Shown one piece after another: positions 24,730 to 37,849 of a stretch of DNA of 64,000 bases. Each line of letters opens with the position of its first letter. Within the stretch, counting starts at the first letter, position 1. The translations under genes were made by a program, and so were the position numbers. The notes below the pieces were generated by a model. That model was given only the letters and a program-made list of their open reading frames with translations, was not told the origin of the DNA and ran no database searches. Origin of the DNA: Raillietiella orientalis (Eukaryota); assembly GCA_036172245.1 (NCBI GenBank), contig JAYWIR010000051.1, forward strand, positions 868,001 to 932,000, written 5' to 3'.

Positions 24730-26849
24730 AGGGAATTGTTGCCCTGGTGGCAGCGGCCTCAAATTCACGGTGCCGCTTTCCAGAGTGCCTTGCGATGCTG
24801 CAGCCGGGATGGGCACCGGGAAGGAAGCGACGCTCAGATCCCTCTCCCCTTTGCGGCCTCTTTTCCAGGGGGTCTCCAGGACCCGGAAAACTTCGGAGGA
24901 GGCCGCGTGGCGCGTCTCGCGCCCGAGGGGCGCTTCTTCATGCCCGGACGCGCTCCACCTGTTGGGGTTGTTGTTCTCAGGGAGAACCACCGCAATCGTC
25001 TGGGGGGACTTCGGGCCCGGGTCTCCGCAGAGGTCTGCAGCGCAGCATGCGCAGGGTGGGCGGGACCGGAAGATCCCGTTCGCCCTCCCTTGCTCCCTCG
25101 CCGAGCACCCCGCGCCACGCCTCTCGGAGGTCGTCGACCTCTACGGGCATCCTACCACGCTGGATGGACGCCCTGCTTCCCTCCCTCCTGCCCCTCCTGC
25201 CCCCCGTTCCGTGCTGCGCGCTCCGTCGTCCCACTGGGATCGCGAAAGGGGTCGCGGAGGGAGGAAGGGCGTTCGCAGCGTCAACAACCAGGCCTGCGAG
25301 GGAGACCAGAAGAAGGGATGGACCGCAGAGGACGGGAGGAGGAGGAATAAGCGGACTTGGAGAAACCGCTGCCAGGGAGACCTGCCCTCCTCGTTTCCAA
25401 AGGGGGAAAGTAAGGAGGGATGCGTCCGTCGCCGGATGCACATTCGGTGCCTTCCTGGAGGGAAAGTAGGGTGGTCCGCCGGCGAGCGCTTCCCCAACCG
25501 GGGGAACCTGGTGGGCGGCTCCGGCCCGCCGCGCCCTTGCCCACTCACTGTCCCCGAGGAAGGACGAGCGGAGGCTGAGACCATGCAGCATGTCCAGGCT
25601 TAGACCCCAGTCACCGGAGCGGTCTTTGCCACGGGTCGCCACGGCTTCGGCGGCAGACGGGTGGAGGAGTGGAGCGACTGCATTGCCGCCACCTCGGCTC
25701 TCAGTGGGCGCTCTCATTGGGAAACACGTGCTCGCCGCTTCAGGACGCGCGCACACGTGCCGTCGCCTGAGGGATGGATCCGGTGCAGCGGAGGCCCTTC
25801 GACCGGTGAGGATGCTGCCGGTCGCCAGGGAGCCGTCCCCGCCTCGCGCGCGCTCGTGATTCCCTGGGGAGATGGGTCGGGTGCTTCTCGTTGCGCTAAG
25901 TTCCCTCCCTCTCCCGTCCTCCTCTTTGGCGGAGGCGCCACGTGGCAGCTGATCCCGGATGGCGGTCGCGTCTCGGGGACGGCACGTCGCCGCCGCCGTG
26001 GTTGCGTTCCTCCAGACTGGAGAGCGCGCGGATCGTCAGGGGAGACGCTCACCGCCTGGAGTCCGCTCTCTCCATGGATGAGCCGTGCTTTCGTTGGTGG
26101 CTCGGCTAGGACTCAGCCTGCGGTGGTGGATGCCGCTGCTGCAACCGGTAGCAGCTCTTCAGGAGACCCCCCTTCCCAAAAGAAGACTTTCAGCGAAAAT
26201 TCCCTAGCGCGGAGGACCTGCTCGGATTCGTTCCGGGAGAGCCCGCTGCTCCGTGCATGCGTGCGCGATCCTGAACTGCGCATTCCGCGGAGGCGCGCAT
26301 TTCGGAATGGTTGAAAATGTTCGTTTCGCGAGACCGCGCGCATCGGTGGCACCGCGCAACAATGCGTGGAGCCTAAGGATTACGTGGAGCGGGGGAGGGG
26401 GGGAACACACAAAAAACACAAAACACAAAAGATAAAGAAAAACACACGCGAAAACCGCGAATTATCGGCCTGCGAAGGCTAGCGGGAAGGAGGGAGAGAC
26501 GTAGAAGGGAAGGGGAGGAGAGGAGGGAAAGGGAGGAAGACTGTGGAATTTCGCAAGACAGACATACCAGCGCTTCCTGAAACGGCGGACCGTAATTAGC
26601 AGCGGGATGAATAGACGAAGACAACGACGCTCTGACAGCATCTTCAGCTCCCATCCGCTCTCCCCGTGCCTTCTGATGCTGATCCCCGAGGGCCAGGTCT
26701 TCCCTCTTTTCTTGCCCTCGGGCGCACGCGTGCGTCTCTCCCTCGAGCGCCCAGCGCGCTCGGGTGCATCCGGGAGCCAAGAGGCGCCCCGATCCCTTCC
26801 CTTCTCCTGTAAGGGGGAAAGGGAGGGAGGATTGAGGAGATTCTTAGCC

Positions 26850-27669
26850 TTCGCGATGCTCCTGAGCGTATCCAGGAGCGTGCCAAAGTTTTCCAATCAG
26901 AAGGGAAACTTTGCGGATGCGTGAGGTGAACCGGGAAACTTTGAACGAGTGCGGGAGCAGCAGCGGAGGCTCAGGAGTTCGTTACAACATATGCGTACCG
27001 GTCCGGGATCATGGAGGAGAGCATCTTTCATGCCATCCACTTGATGAGATTCGGGAAGGGAGGCATCTTCGCGCGCCCTCGTCACACTCCTCCCGAGTCT
27101 CCATAGGAGACTCGTGGAGAGAGAAGAACCAAGTTCCATGCGACCCCGGGTGGCGTTCGAGCTCTGCTCTCGCACGCTAGGGGCTCTGCGGGTCGGCCGC
27201 CAAAGCGCCGCGCCGGTCCCTCCCCTTCGAGGATGGGGACGGGCTCAGGAGGGGCAGGTCAGGGAGGAAGAAGGCCCTTTTCGGGAGAGTCTCGTTCCAC
27301 GGCAGAGCCGAAAGTTCCGGCGTCCTCCTTCCCTCCTCGCTCCTTCTCGAGCGGCGTCCTACTGAGGGAGGCTGAGAAGTGGATTTGGGAGCGCGTTGCT
27401 GCGCTTCCTCTCCCGCTCTTGCCTTCCCTCCCTGCGGATGCAGCCTCCGGGCCTCAGCGACGGGCAGAGTCCAGCGGAGGCACGTCCGCTTCGCGCAAGC
27501 CACGCGGGACTTGACGGAGCGGCGCACTCCAGGAACCCCCGGGGGCAAGAAGGGATGGCGGCTCTCCCCCCCTTTCCTCCTCCTCGGTTCCCCCTCCCTT
27601 TTCCCCTCGCGTCCCGCCGTTGTCCAGGATTCCCGGGACAAGCCTCCGCAGCCCCTTCAGGGACGAGCG
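26850..27669 (+). repeat. Dispersed repeat copy B (probable LINE 3' region), with ~160 bp absent from copy A
   Basis: Shares caaagcgccgcgccggtccc (~27200) and 27381-27669 with copy A. MEESIFHAIHL at ~27010 is zf-RVT-like. Confidence 0.8.
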
Positions 27670-27849
27670 ATTAGCCGTGGATAGGCCGTGGATGTGGAGC
27701 GAAGCGCACATCTCCCCCCCTTTTTTTCATCTGGTTTATCCTAGAAGTGAGGGAAAGGGAGCTGTTTTCACCACCCCCTCTTCCTCTTCTCCGTGCGAAC
27801 TTGCTGTAGCCACTACCAAGCCTGCAAGGAGACTCCTTGCCTAGCTACT

Positions 27850-28480
27850 CCAAGGCAGCTGCTGATTCCGTTTCCCACCTGTCGACAGGTCCTTTGGTCT
27901 CAGATGCGACCCCAAGTCTCCCGTGGTCTCCATTTTTCCGGGATGGGAGGTGGACTGTGCTCGGCAAGCCCGACTCTCATTTTTTCGGGCCCTCTTCACG
28001 GCGTTCTTGGTTCGTTTCCAGGGTCACCCACAGCGAGCGAGGGGGAACGCCCACGCAAGCCACTCTCCCGGGTGGCTGCAAGGTGGAGCATTAGGAGAGC
28101 AGGGGCTGTTCTCGCTTTCCCCCCAGAACGAGACCGGACGCCGAGTAACCAGTCAAACTCAGGAGAGGCGAGACTCGCTCCCTCAGCTTCCGATCGTGTG
28201 TGCAGCCGCATGCGAAACGTGGGGAAGCAAAGGAGAGGTACTGAAAGCGTGGGGGAGCGGCACGACTCTACCCTTTCCCTCTCCTGGGGAGGAAGCAAAA
28301 CATTCACTCTGACAGCGTGGGTCCGTGATGTGTCTAGGTCGATTCTCCTCGTTCCTGGTTTCCCCCGGAACCTCTCTCTTTGGCGGGTTCCAGGGGCTCT
28401 TAACCTCGTGGGTTGTTCGGTGGCTTTAGCAGCGAAGAAGAGAGAGAGAGACCTTTCCGTCTTCGGGTTCCTCCCCATCC
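27850..28480 (+). mobile_element. Possible LINE AP-endonuclease remnant
   Basis: KTFTLTAWVRDVSRSILLV resembles FTW...SRIDR.LV. Few other motifs are recognisable. Confidence 0.25.
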
Positions 28481-29849
28481 TTTCTGGAGACGCGGCTCGG
28501 CAGACGCCTTCGGAGAGCCTTGTCGTCACCTTTTTCCAGCCGCCGTTGGCGCCTGCCTCCGTGGCTCCCAGGGAGGACTGAAATGTCCCTCCCCCCCGTT
28601 CTTCGCGGTTTCCTGTCTTCACCGAAGCGTTGTGATGAAGAGCCCGCGCTCTGCCGAGCAGTGGGCGGCGGTGCAGACACGTGTGCATAACGTGCAGCGG
28701 GAAAAACCAACCAATGGTGTTACCGATGTGCCGAGTCGTGCTAACGAGTTTACATGCAAATATCTCGTTCATATTCTTCGTCGCGCTCACGTGCATTGTA
28801 CACTGCATGTACGCTGAATGGATGCACGTTGTTCCTTCGCGTCAGCGACTCGGTGCCTTCCCATCCCCCGGCGAAGCGATAATTACCGAGCCTTATTATG
28901 CTCATCGTGCCAGATGGGTACGCCGTAATTGCTGCACAATGATTTAATACTCGACGCAAAACAACTGCGGGCATCAACCACACTGCTGGCCACCCTATAA
29001 TCGTGCGCTGGCCGCACTGTGTGAATCCTAATGGTCACTTCTTAACAAAGAAACATCCTATGCAAATTATACAAGAGCGACCGTAGGAGCTGGTACAGTA
29101 ATAAAATATGCATCGAGATTATTCGATTACTTCGATTATTCAATACCGTCAGTACATCCCTCATGGCAGTTAGCGTAAGCACTTCCTAACGGAAGCAATT
29201 AAACGCGACAGTAATCCTCGTAAATTACGTTCGCTGGTAAAACCATAATGGCAGCCACCGTCGCGTTTCGTGCCACTGTCGCAGCCCGGCGACGGCTGCC
29301 CCGGGAGATGGCCGCGCGGCTGTACCGACGGTGAGCAGCGATCCGGCGAGGAGAGACGGCGGAGGAAAGGTGGCGCTCCCCCAAGAGTTTCCGTCCCGCG
29401 AGAGGAAGAGGGCAGTCCCGCTTCTCCCGATGGGAGGCCCCGGAGTCGTCACGCAGGGCTGTCTCCGCCGTCCGCCTTCCGATCGGCGCATAAATCACGG
29501 TATCTGGAACAACGACAGGATCAATTAACTACTGCGAACCGGGTTCCGTCGTCCCCTCCCCTTCCCCCCCCCCCTTTTTTTTTTCTCCCCTCCTTTCCTT
29601 CCTTTCTTTCATTTTCGGCGACGCACGCCACGAGGGACAGCCGTTGCCCGATGCTTCCGTCGCTTTCCGACCCGCAGGACTCCAGGAGGGATCCCATAGA
29701 TCTGGGAGCAGGGAGGATTCTGAGGGGAGGAGGAAGGGGGGGGGAGTGATTTAACGACCCTCTTGAAGCGGGAATCGAAATACTTGCTCCCTAGGCAAGT
29801 GTGGTCACCGGAGAGGCGAGCCCGCCTTCTCGTGAGGAGTTTCTCGCAC

Positions 29850-30660
29850 CCTTCCAGAATTTCTCTTCGGGGAACGTGGATTCTTCCCGAGCCACCTTCC
29901 TGCGAAGCTTTCTCCGTCAGTCTTTCGGTCCTGTCCTCTGGAGGGTTGTCCTTTCTCCAATCAACCAGCGGGCTTGCTCCCCTGCCCTCGCAACAGAAGG
30001 AGTAGGTGAAAGGCCTCCATCCTTCCAGCTAGGGTTTCTGCCAAGGTCGGTCTGCCGGTTGTCACGTGCTCTGAAAGCGCGCCATCTGCACTTCTTCGGA
30101 AGCGACTCCACACACGGAAAGACCCCTGCCTCCTGGTGACCTGTCCCCTGTCCGGTTTAACTGCGCCGTGAGGCGAGCGGGTCTTGGTGGCCACCAATGA
30201 AGTCAGGATCCGGAGAAGAAGCCTCCCATCACCCCAAAAAAGAAAAGATAAGGCGGTCGACCTGGGCTGGGCATGTTCCGCGGAGCAGCGCGCGCGCGCT
30301 CACGCAAGCAGAACGCTGCTGATGTTTCGGGAATCCATGGCAGTCCTTGCGCGTTTTCGGAAGAGACAGGAAGATCCGGGAACGAGGGAAAGGGGAGGCG
30401 CTACCGGAGGGGGAAGAGAAAGGAGTGGTGCTTTCTGGAACCTGTTCGCGATGTGACCCAGGAGTGCGACGCGAGCCGATCAATCCGCATGAAGCTCCTG
30501 CTCCTTCCACGTCCCGGTTCCGATCGGACTCCCTCTGGCGCTCGCGGCGCTCCGCTTCAGGTCGCGGCAACCATGCAGCCGGGCGACCCTCGCGACCAAT
30601 TTGCGGGACGAGGATAACCCGCGAGACGGAACGAACCTCGTCGATGGCGGAACAAAATGG
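29850..30660 (-). mobile_element. Possible L1/Tx1 post-RT fragment
   Basis: LPKKCRWRAF...LGRNPSWKDGGLSPTPSV resembles the L..P...GGLG.P motif downstream of L1 RT. Confidence 0.3.
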
Positions 30661-31949
30661 CAACCAAGAAATCAGCGAAGGGGCTTTCCGTTAATTCGCC
30701 GCTCGACTCACCGTGCCTGGAACTCGAGGCTGCTTCCTTTCTTTCTTCTCTCCTCGGGTTTTGATAAGGAGGAAAAAGAAAAAAAAGGAGACGTCTTTTG
30801 TGAGTTTTTCCGAATCCATGCAGTGGATTAAGAAGGCTCCGGAACGTACGGCTGCAGGCTCATTCGAAAGGGATCGATGAGTGCAAGTGATGCGAAAAGC
30901 AGATTACGGAGTGCTCGTGGAAAGCAGATTACCGGATGCTTCAAAGGATGAAGGAAAGTCCTCCCAGTGCTTCAGGTGTTTCGAAAAGCTGCTGGAGGAG
31001 GACCGCGTAAATCAGGACGAATCGCAAGATCGCGGATCTGCATAGTGTCGCATCTGGGAAGCGGGTCTCAAGGCACACTGCCTCGTGTGAGTATTGATGG
31101 AATTTACCCAAAGAATCCCCCTGCACACAAACACACACATGCGGAGGGCATAAAAGATGCGGGAAAAGAGCGACGTATCCTGCACTAATACATTTATCAA
31201 GGGAAAATGAATGCAGCCGAATGGAGAGTGAGGGAATAAAAGAATGAAAAGTACTCCCTCGTGTCCTCGTTCGAAATTGATTTCGAATAAACTCATCCCG
31301 AGCTCACATGGGTTCAGGAAAACACGGGAGAGCGGCTTTGCCCCACTTTCTGCTCCGCGCGTGTCGGCGGCGCTGCATCCCGTGAGCCCGCATCCGAAAA
31401 CACGGGACTACGGCGGTCCAGCGGGAACCCGGCCTCGAAGACGAACCGGTTCGGCGCATGGGTTGGTCGGAACTCTCGTTTGCCCGATTGATGACATGCG
31501 ATCGCCTTCCGGAAATCGAATGAACTTCCCCCCTCCCCCTCACTCCCACGTTTGCAGCCACTCGCAGAGGTCTGCCGCGAAATGACGCATTCGCTGAATC
31601 GCCCTCCTGAGGATCGGGTACCCTTCTCGCCTCTCTCTATTTTTCCACGGAAACCACATTGATTGATAGAAGGGAAAAGGTGATCACAGCTTCCCCCCCT
31701 CTCATTCTCGTCCCCCCCCCCCTCCCACTTCCTGTTCCCGAACTAAGTAAAACAGCAGACTGATTTATGCTGCTTAGAAAACCGTATAAATGGTAGAAAG
31801 TCGTGCGAGGAGTAGGTGGGGCCGTCTCCGAATCCGTATGGCAGGACTGGGAGCTGCTTCGGTTCGAAGAAGCTGGGCAGCTGGTTGCTCTTCTTCCTGT
31901 ATCTCTGCGTGGAACACACTGCGGCGCCCCCTCTTTCTCAGTGCTTTTC

Positions 31950-32950
31950 AGCACGCACTGAGCACGCTTCGCTGCGATATCTGGAAGCCTTCTGGAGAAC
32001 GGATTTCGCTTCACCTCCCTTATTCTCGAAGATGAGCGACGACGAGAGCGCCTGGAGTTTCCGGCCGCTCTGCTGCCGAACTGCATGCGGCAAGGCCATT
32101 GTCTTCTGCGACGCGAAAACAACTCCGAGTCCTGCGTGTATGCATTCAATAGATCCATTCCTCTCTTTCTCTTCCCCCCTTCCACAAAAGCGGATGTTCC
32201 TAATTTGTTTGAACATGCTCTCTCCTGCCCCCTGCCACCCCCTCCCCATTGAGAAGCCCTGCGGCGAGACCCTATGCCTGGAAGCGTTAGGGACCCCGTT
32301 TTTGCTTCCGATCGATCCTCGACTGCAAGTAGACGTCGGCTTCCTTTAATGCAGCCTCGTACTCCGAAAGCGCTTCTTCTCCGTCTCCACACTTCCAGCT
32401 GGAGGTTCTCAGCGTTCCCAGCCTTAGTCTAGGTGTGGGACAGTCTGTGGGTGTGGGTGTAAGCGTGGAGAGACTCGAGTCTTCTCATTGCCCGCGGCAG
32501 CGTGTCCTCTCCGGTAGGGACGGCTAATCTCCAGTGAATTCTCGCCAACTGGGCCGAAGCGCTCCTGCAGCTGAATTCACGCGGTGGTCCCTGGTGGCCC
32601 TGCTGCATGGACGCGACGCGGACAACGCAGTTCCGCCCGACGAGCTTGCTCTCCAGCAGGGTGATTTGGAGTGTTGCTTCCTTTGTTCTGTACACGGAAA
32701 CCGGAAAGGCACGGAACGTCTCCAGAAGTCTTCCAAGTAGTTTCAACTGGTGGCTGCTGCTTGCCAGCTCCTCTGTCCTTTTGCTTGGGAATTCCCGCCA
32801 GCACGTACAAATGGATGCATTCGTTGTGCAATGGGATCAAGGAGGTTGCGGCTGCGGAGGGTGCACTCAAGAATTTTCTTACCCGGATCCACGACTTTTC
32901 TGATTTCTCCGTGGCCTGGAATCCCGGAGCGCTAAAAAAATGGTGACGGA
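31950..32950 (+). mobile_element. hAT transposase remnant (ZMYM/ZNF862-like)
   Basis: In order: ASPPLFSKMSDDESA (FSIMxDE), MFLICLNM, CGETLCLEAL, GRDADNAV (DGA..M) and WMHSLCNGIKEV...KNFLTRIHDF (CxxHxLNL region). Confidence 0.55.
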
Positions 32951-33049
32951 GGAAACTGTGATCGGGAGAATGGCGAGAGATGGTCTGGTGCCTCTTCTTC
33001 CTCATTAGTGGAAACAGTAATTCTTCTCGGAGAAGAAGAGTTTGTGACC

Positions 33050-35700
33050 GTTTCTTCGGGCAAGGACCTTGCGTGATTTGACCTTGCGTTCCACGGAGCC
33101 TGCCAAGCGTTCTCTGCCAGTTTTCCGTGGATGGGAGACGCTACGGACCCACCTTTTACAACGCGAGGGAACGCCTATGCTACCGTGCTCTCTTCGGTGG
33201 GGGAGAGGCTCTTGTGCAGTCTGGTGAAGCGCCGCGTTCATCGATTTTGCGGGGAACCATCCATCCTTCTCTCTTTATCACCGGCATGGTTTCCTCGCTC
33301 CTATGCATCTGTTGACACGTGGAACCCGGCACAGGATTTCTTTACTCTCAATCGATGGAGGAGGGCTGTTCTTTGCTCAGTGTGTGACCTCCAACACTGT
33401 TTTTTTTTTTTTTTTCTTTTAGGATTCAGAGAAATGAATTCAGCAAGGAGGAACACGCAGACAAAGATATGCATTTGCAGGCTTGCTGCTGAGCGTTGCA
33501 TAATTTCCTTCTGTTCGAGAATCCTCTGACCCTAAGCCCCAAGATCTCTGAGACATTCTTCACCGCCTCGTAGATGCACGCCATTTTCGATATTCGGCAT
33601 CGTCAAAAGGGGGAAATGAATTTAAAACGGAAAACGAACAGGGATGTTGCATGGAGCATCTGCGTGACCTTTCTGCGTGGAAGAATTCTGAGAGCGCCGA
33701 AGCGCTCTAAAAATGTTAAGACCGACCGCATATTCAGGGGATTCGTCACTTGGACGCACAGAGGCTTGCAGGGAAGATTTGAGGATGGCCTTCTTGCCTG
33801 CGGGCACACATGGCTTCTTCTTCGTCCAGGAGGACAAAGGAGCAGGAGGCACGCTTCCCACAGGCCCGTGCAGATGCCTAGTCGACATCTCTGTCTTCAA
33901 TGTGACCATGCTTGAACCGATCGGACTTGTTTCAAGCAGCGCTGCCGTGATCGCCTGCGGGACTTACGCGCATGCTCCTGCGGTGATTACAACTGATCTT
34001 TTGAGGATTATGACTGGTCAACGGAGTGACCAGGTGTGATCCGAGTGTTCAGAAAAGGATTTCTCAATAGGAAGGGAGGATCGCTCTCGTGATGCGTGCG
34101 GGATGCGTGACGGGGGGCTGGATAGTTCACTCGTCTCAAACGCATCCAGAATTCTCATCCAGGCACCGAGAATGTTAAATCCTCGTTCGGCTCGAGGGCA
34201 TCCTCCCAGGTAAAGAGTTGATGTGTTTTCCAGCTGCGGATGCGCCAACTCAGGTTAGCCCTAGTGCGATGCACTGAGCGCCGAGAGGGTCATGAGGTGA
34301 CGCAGACGCAGGTTTGCGGCCAAATGGATGGACGGAACTATCATCTCTAGTTGGAGCAAAAGGAAGAAAAAAGAGAGAAACAGGTGGAAGGTGCTCCAAG
34401 GATACCGCCGCAATCCAGAGCTCGAGTTTCTTTTGCGTCTCTTGAGTTTCTTCTTTGCAGGCATGTTTGCTGACATTACGCTGAATGAGACAGGATTATT
34501 GCTTTCTGAGGAACTGCTCTCTGTAACCATGGTTGTGCGTTCCAATAAACATCAAATCAGGAATATGCTTTCGGGAAAGCAGACGCTGCCTAGCATTGAA
34601 AAACAGAAGAGAACTTGTTATCTCTTGAAAAGCATCCCGAATCGGCCTTGCGTGAATGGAAGTGGGAAGCATGCATTTCATAAATTAGTGGATATGAATC
34701 GGGAAGTGAGGACTATGAGGAGCGCGTAGCATTTCCATGAGAGGCTGACAGTTTCGTCAGAATTTGATACCTGCAAACAGAAAGCTGAGAGGTCGAGTTA
34801 GCCCGAGCCGTCTTCTGCCAATCGTCAGCATCCTTGCTTTCCTAAGAAGGAGTCTTCTTTTAGGAGCATTCCATCTTCTCTAAATTTCGGAGCAAGCTGA
34901 TTAAAGAGCGTAATCTAAAATAAGAGACCGACTACTGCAAGTCCAGACAGAATGACTAAGGATTTTTGGCACCATCACGTGTGCGAGTGCTCGCTCTTCA
35001 CCACAACAGTAGGGTTACTTAGTCTTCTAATGGCATTCTTATGTTCAGGAGCATCGCCGTTTCTCAACTTAAATCCCAGGGAATTCTAAATCATGCTTTC
35101 TAAACGCTTCCGGTCCCGAACGGCTCGCTGGGAAAGGATTTGTGATTTCGTTTCCTCTTCCCTTACCCGAGAGCAGTGGCCGTCTGCTGCTAATGGTGGT
35201 TGGGAAGGTGCCTCTGATGCACCAACGAAGGGATGTGCCCGTCTGCATCTTCGGCCGCGCTGACCAAGCAGCAATCTCTTTGGTTAGCTCGATTCCATTT
35301 TTTCCTGATTCGTTTTCAGCGCAGTCGACGTCGCTAAAGCCTCGATGTGGCCGACTGCTCTTAGCTGACGTTGATAGCTGCGAGGACGTTTGCTTCGCTT
35401 TTCCAGAATCGTGGAAAGGAAGCAAAACTGCCAGTTTTAAATTCCCGTTCTTTCACGATTCGTGAGCAGAGCTTCCCGAGGCATCCATTTTCGTCAGCAC
35501 TCTCTCGCGCGCTCATCTCCGAATATTGGAAAATGTTTGCTTGTCAGCTGTGGAGAAATCACTGGCATAGTGTACGGATAATTGACAAGATTGGTTTGGA
35601 CTGCAAGGAGGATGAATTCCCGTCTTTCCGTTTCGTGCGATTTGCATCCTTTCAATCTTCTTGGCTATGGAACTTGAAATTTTAGACTCTTGCTGTCCGA
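33050..35700 (-). mobile_element. hAT transposase remnant (ZNF862-like)
   Basis: In minus-strand order: SAKSSRPHRGF...GKNGIEL (AKxNRPF...KNG), SNSDETVSL (SDGASVM), KCMLPTSIHARPIRDAFQEI, GLRRYPWS (TRW) and a dimerisation-like SIGVPSRCKRWVRS near 33.1-33.2 kb. Confidence 0.5.
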
Positions 35701-35802
35701 ATCCAATCAGTTGTGCACAAAATTTCCCTTCCCGTTTCTCGCCGCAAGATGCTTTCCATTTGAATCCCGGAGGTTGCCTCCTTTGATGAGAGTTCTTTCC
35801 AC

Positions 35803-35806
<4 letters not shown>

Positions 35807-35860
<54 letters not shown>
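35807..35860. repeat. Compound (AC)14(AG)13 microsatellite
   Basis: Read directly: AC at 35807-35834 and AG at 35835-35860. Confidence 0.95.
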
Positions 35861-35867
<7 letters not shown>

Positions 35868-36499
35868 AGGGGGGAGAAATAGATTTGTACCATTTTATTT
35901 CTTCCCCCTTGTTAAATTATAGATGCACCGTCCTAGAAATAAAAATCGAAAATTTAACTAGAAGCGAATCTAAAAAATCGAAATCGAAAAAAAAAATGGT
36001 GGAATCTATGAAATGTGTTGCTTGCTGGTGTTGGCGCGCACCTATGTAGTTACATGAAAAAAAATTATGGAGCATCTATTGATAAATGAGTGTAGCATGC
36101 TATACTTATAAACGTATACTCGCTAATATAGTACACACTGTCTGGTAAAAATATACATTCATGCGTAGGCACAAAGTAAATAACGGTCTATCTTTGGTAC
36201 GTATGTACTGCTCTGTTCTTTCACCAAATGTGGCCTCTTGCGAATATGAGACATCTGTTGTGTATGTCCTACCGCGTAATATACAATAAAATTTCTTTGC
36301 TCCCCTTTTATCTTCCGAGCATCTTTTATTAGCATGATTTCGCCATAAATATGGCTTATCTTCCACTCTTTCTTTTTAGCTTGAATAACTCTGATTCCTG
36401 GACTCATTTCTCACTTTTGCAGATGCGTTTTCTCATCAGTGCTTAGCTCTGTATCCCTCCGCGAACCGAGTAACGTGGATCCTTCTTTATGGCACGGCT

Positions 36500-37200
36500 C
36501 CGGAAAACCAACAGCATCTTTTTTCATGGGAATTTTTCAGAACCCTTGAACAATTTCGGATGTGACATTCGTTTGCGCTGAATTTTCCCGGTGGAATTTT
36601 GTGCTCCCATTTTCCGGAAGTAAACAAACGCTCCTTGCGGACCTTTGCGAGTCGGCTGCTGGCTCTTCTTTCTTTCTTTCTTTCCTCCCCCCCCCCCCCC
36701 CTCACCTTCTGTCGCGTCATGGCACTTTCGTGGCCAAAGCGACGAGAAATGTACCTTCTGGAGGCGCTGAACGGACGGCAACAGGCGCTGCGCATACTGC
36801 GGACGTTTGTGGGAAAAAAAACAGAACGATCTGTATTTCGGGTCACAAATGCAAGCTCTCGACCTTCTTGTTTCTCCTTATCGCGCCCTCAAAAGGGCCA
36901 GAGAAAAACAAACCGCTTTCGCAACATTTTTTTGGAGTGGTTTCCAATGGCACGCACAGTGAGCACCGTGGATGTGTAGATGCAATGCGCACCATGTATC
37001 CAGGGAGCTCAGTACTATTACTACTGCTACTACTACCACCACTGCAGGCGGTTTCGTCAGGACGGTGTTTGCCCACGAAAACAAGTCTTCGTTTTCGTTC
37101 TTTCTCCTCCTGATCGTCAAGCGGTGCGGACTCCACTCATTTTACTCTCCGATTCACAATCTTGGAAAACTCGGGTTCAAATCCGTGGATTCTCTCTTCT
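36500..37200 (+). mobile_element. hAT transposase remnant (ZMYM1-like)
   Basis: In order: HGNFSEPL (GNFLEL), QTLLADLC, HTADVCGKKNRTICI (DETxDxSxKEQLSIC), QHFFGVV and RCGLHSF. Confidence 0.5.
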
Positions 37201-37849
37201 CGGCGTGCTCTGGATTTCGGATTTCAATAGCCGTAGCTCCCTTATCTCTCTTCACCCTTCGATGCGCAGGATCTCGCTCCCTAAGATACGTCGCCTGGCA
37301 AGTGAGCACACCGCAACCTCGGGCACATGGTTAGAAACGAAAGACATTGCGTCTTCGGCAGGCCCACCGCTAAGGTCCTCCCGCCTCCTCCCATCCCATC
37401 TCGCGACTGCCCGTTTCGTTCGCGGCCCTGGTCCTTTCCATTCCTGCGCTTTTCCCCGTTTTAGAGTGTAACTTGAACGAAAGATGAACCGGACCCTTTT
37501 CGGAGTTGCACTGCATGCATTTCGCCTTTGTTAGCAGGGAGATGACGTGTAGTATCTGACGCATACCCTAATGAAATCTTAAAGGGTTGATAGGGTTATA
37601 AAACCTTAACTTGGGCAACGAGTTCTGTATCCATTATCCATGCCTGAAAACTCTGATTTGTTTACTCCACTGCACTCGCAAAAAAAAAAAAGGAAAAAGG
37701 AAAAAGGAGGAAATATTCGAATCCTCGTGGACTGAAAGTGTTCCTGCTTTCGGATTTCTTTTTCCTTTTTCCTGCAAAGGAAGCTCTGGAAGAGTAGGCA
37801 GGCTTCGAATCTGTCTTTCCGTTGAAATGGGACAGCGACGGCACCACGA

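Noticed and set aside
23792..25603. 603-aa ORF (and many other 200-390 aa ORFs, e.g. 18410-19579, 19760-20779, 58523-59551)
   Set aside because: R/P/G/S-rich with no domain signature. They overlap repeats and have equally long ORFs in other frames, as expected in very GC-rich DNA.
32150..32300. Frizzled CRD-like Cys pattern (MFLIC...KPCGETLC)
   Set aside because: The surrounding motifs fit a hAT transposase, and the Cys spacing is incomplete.
34328..34729. Plus-strand hAT dimerisation-domain look-alike
   Set aside because: The minus strand gives a longer ordered set of hAT motifs through the same bases, so this is treated as probable coincidence.
36106..36366. piggyBac Cys-rich C-terminus on - (also ~22.85-23.05 kb)
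   Set aside because: Too few conserved cysteines to support the call.
36400..36445. Hammerhead ribozyme core (CTGATGA...GAAA on -; also CTGATGA at ~14963 and ~49014)
   Set aside because: No convincing stem II or cleavage-site helices.
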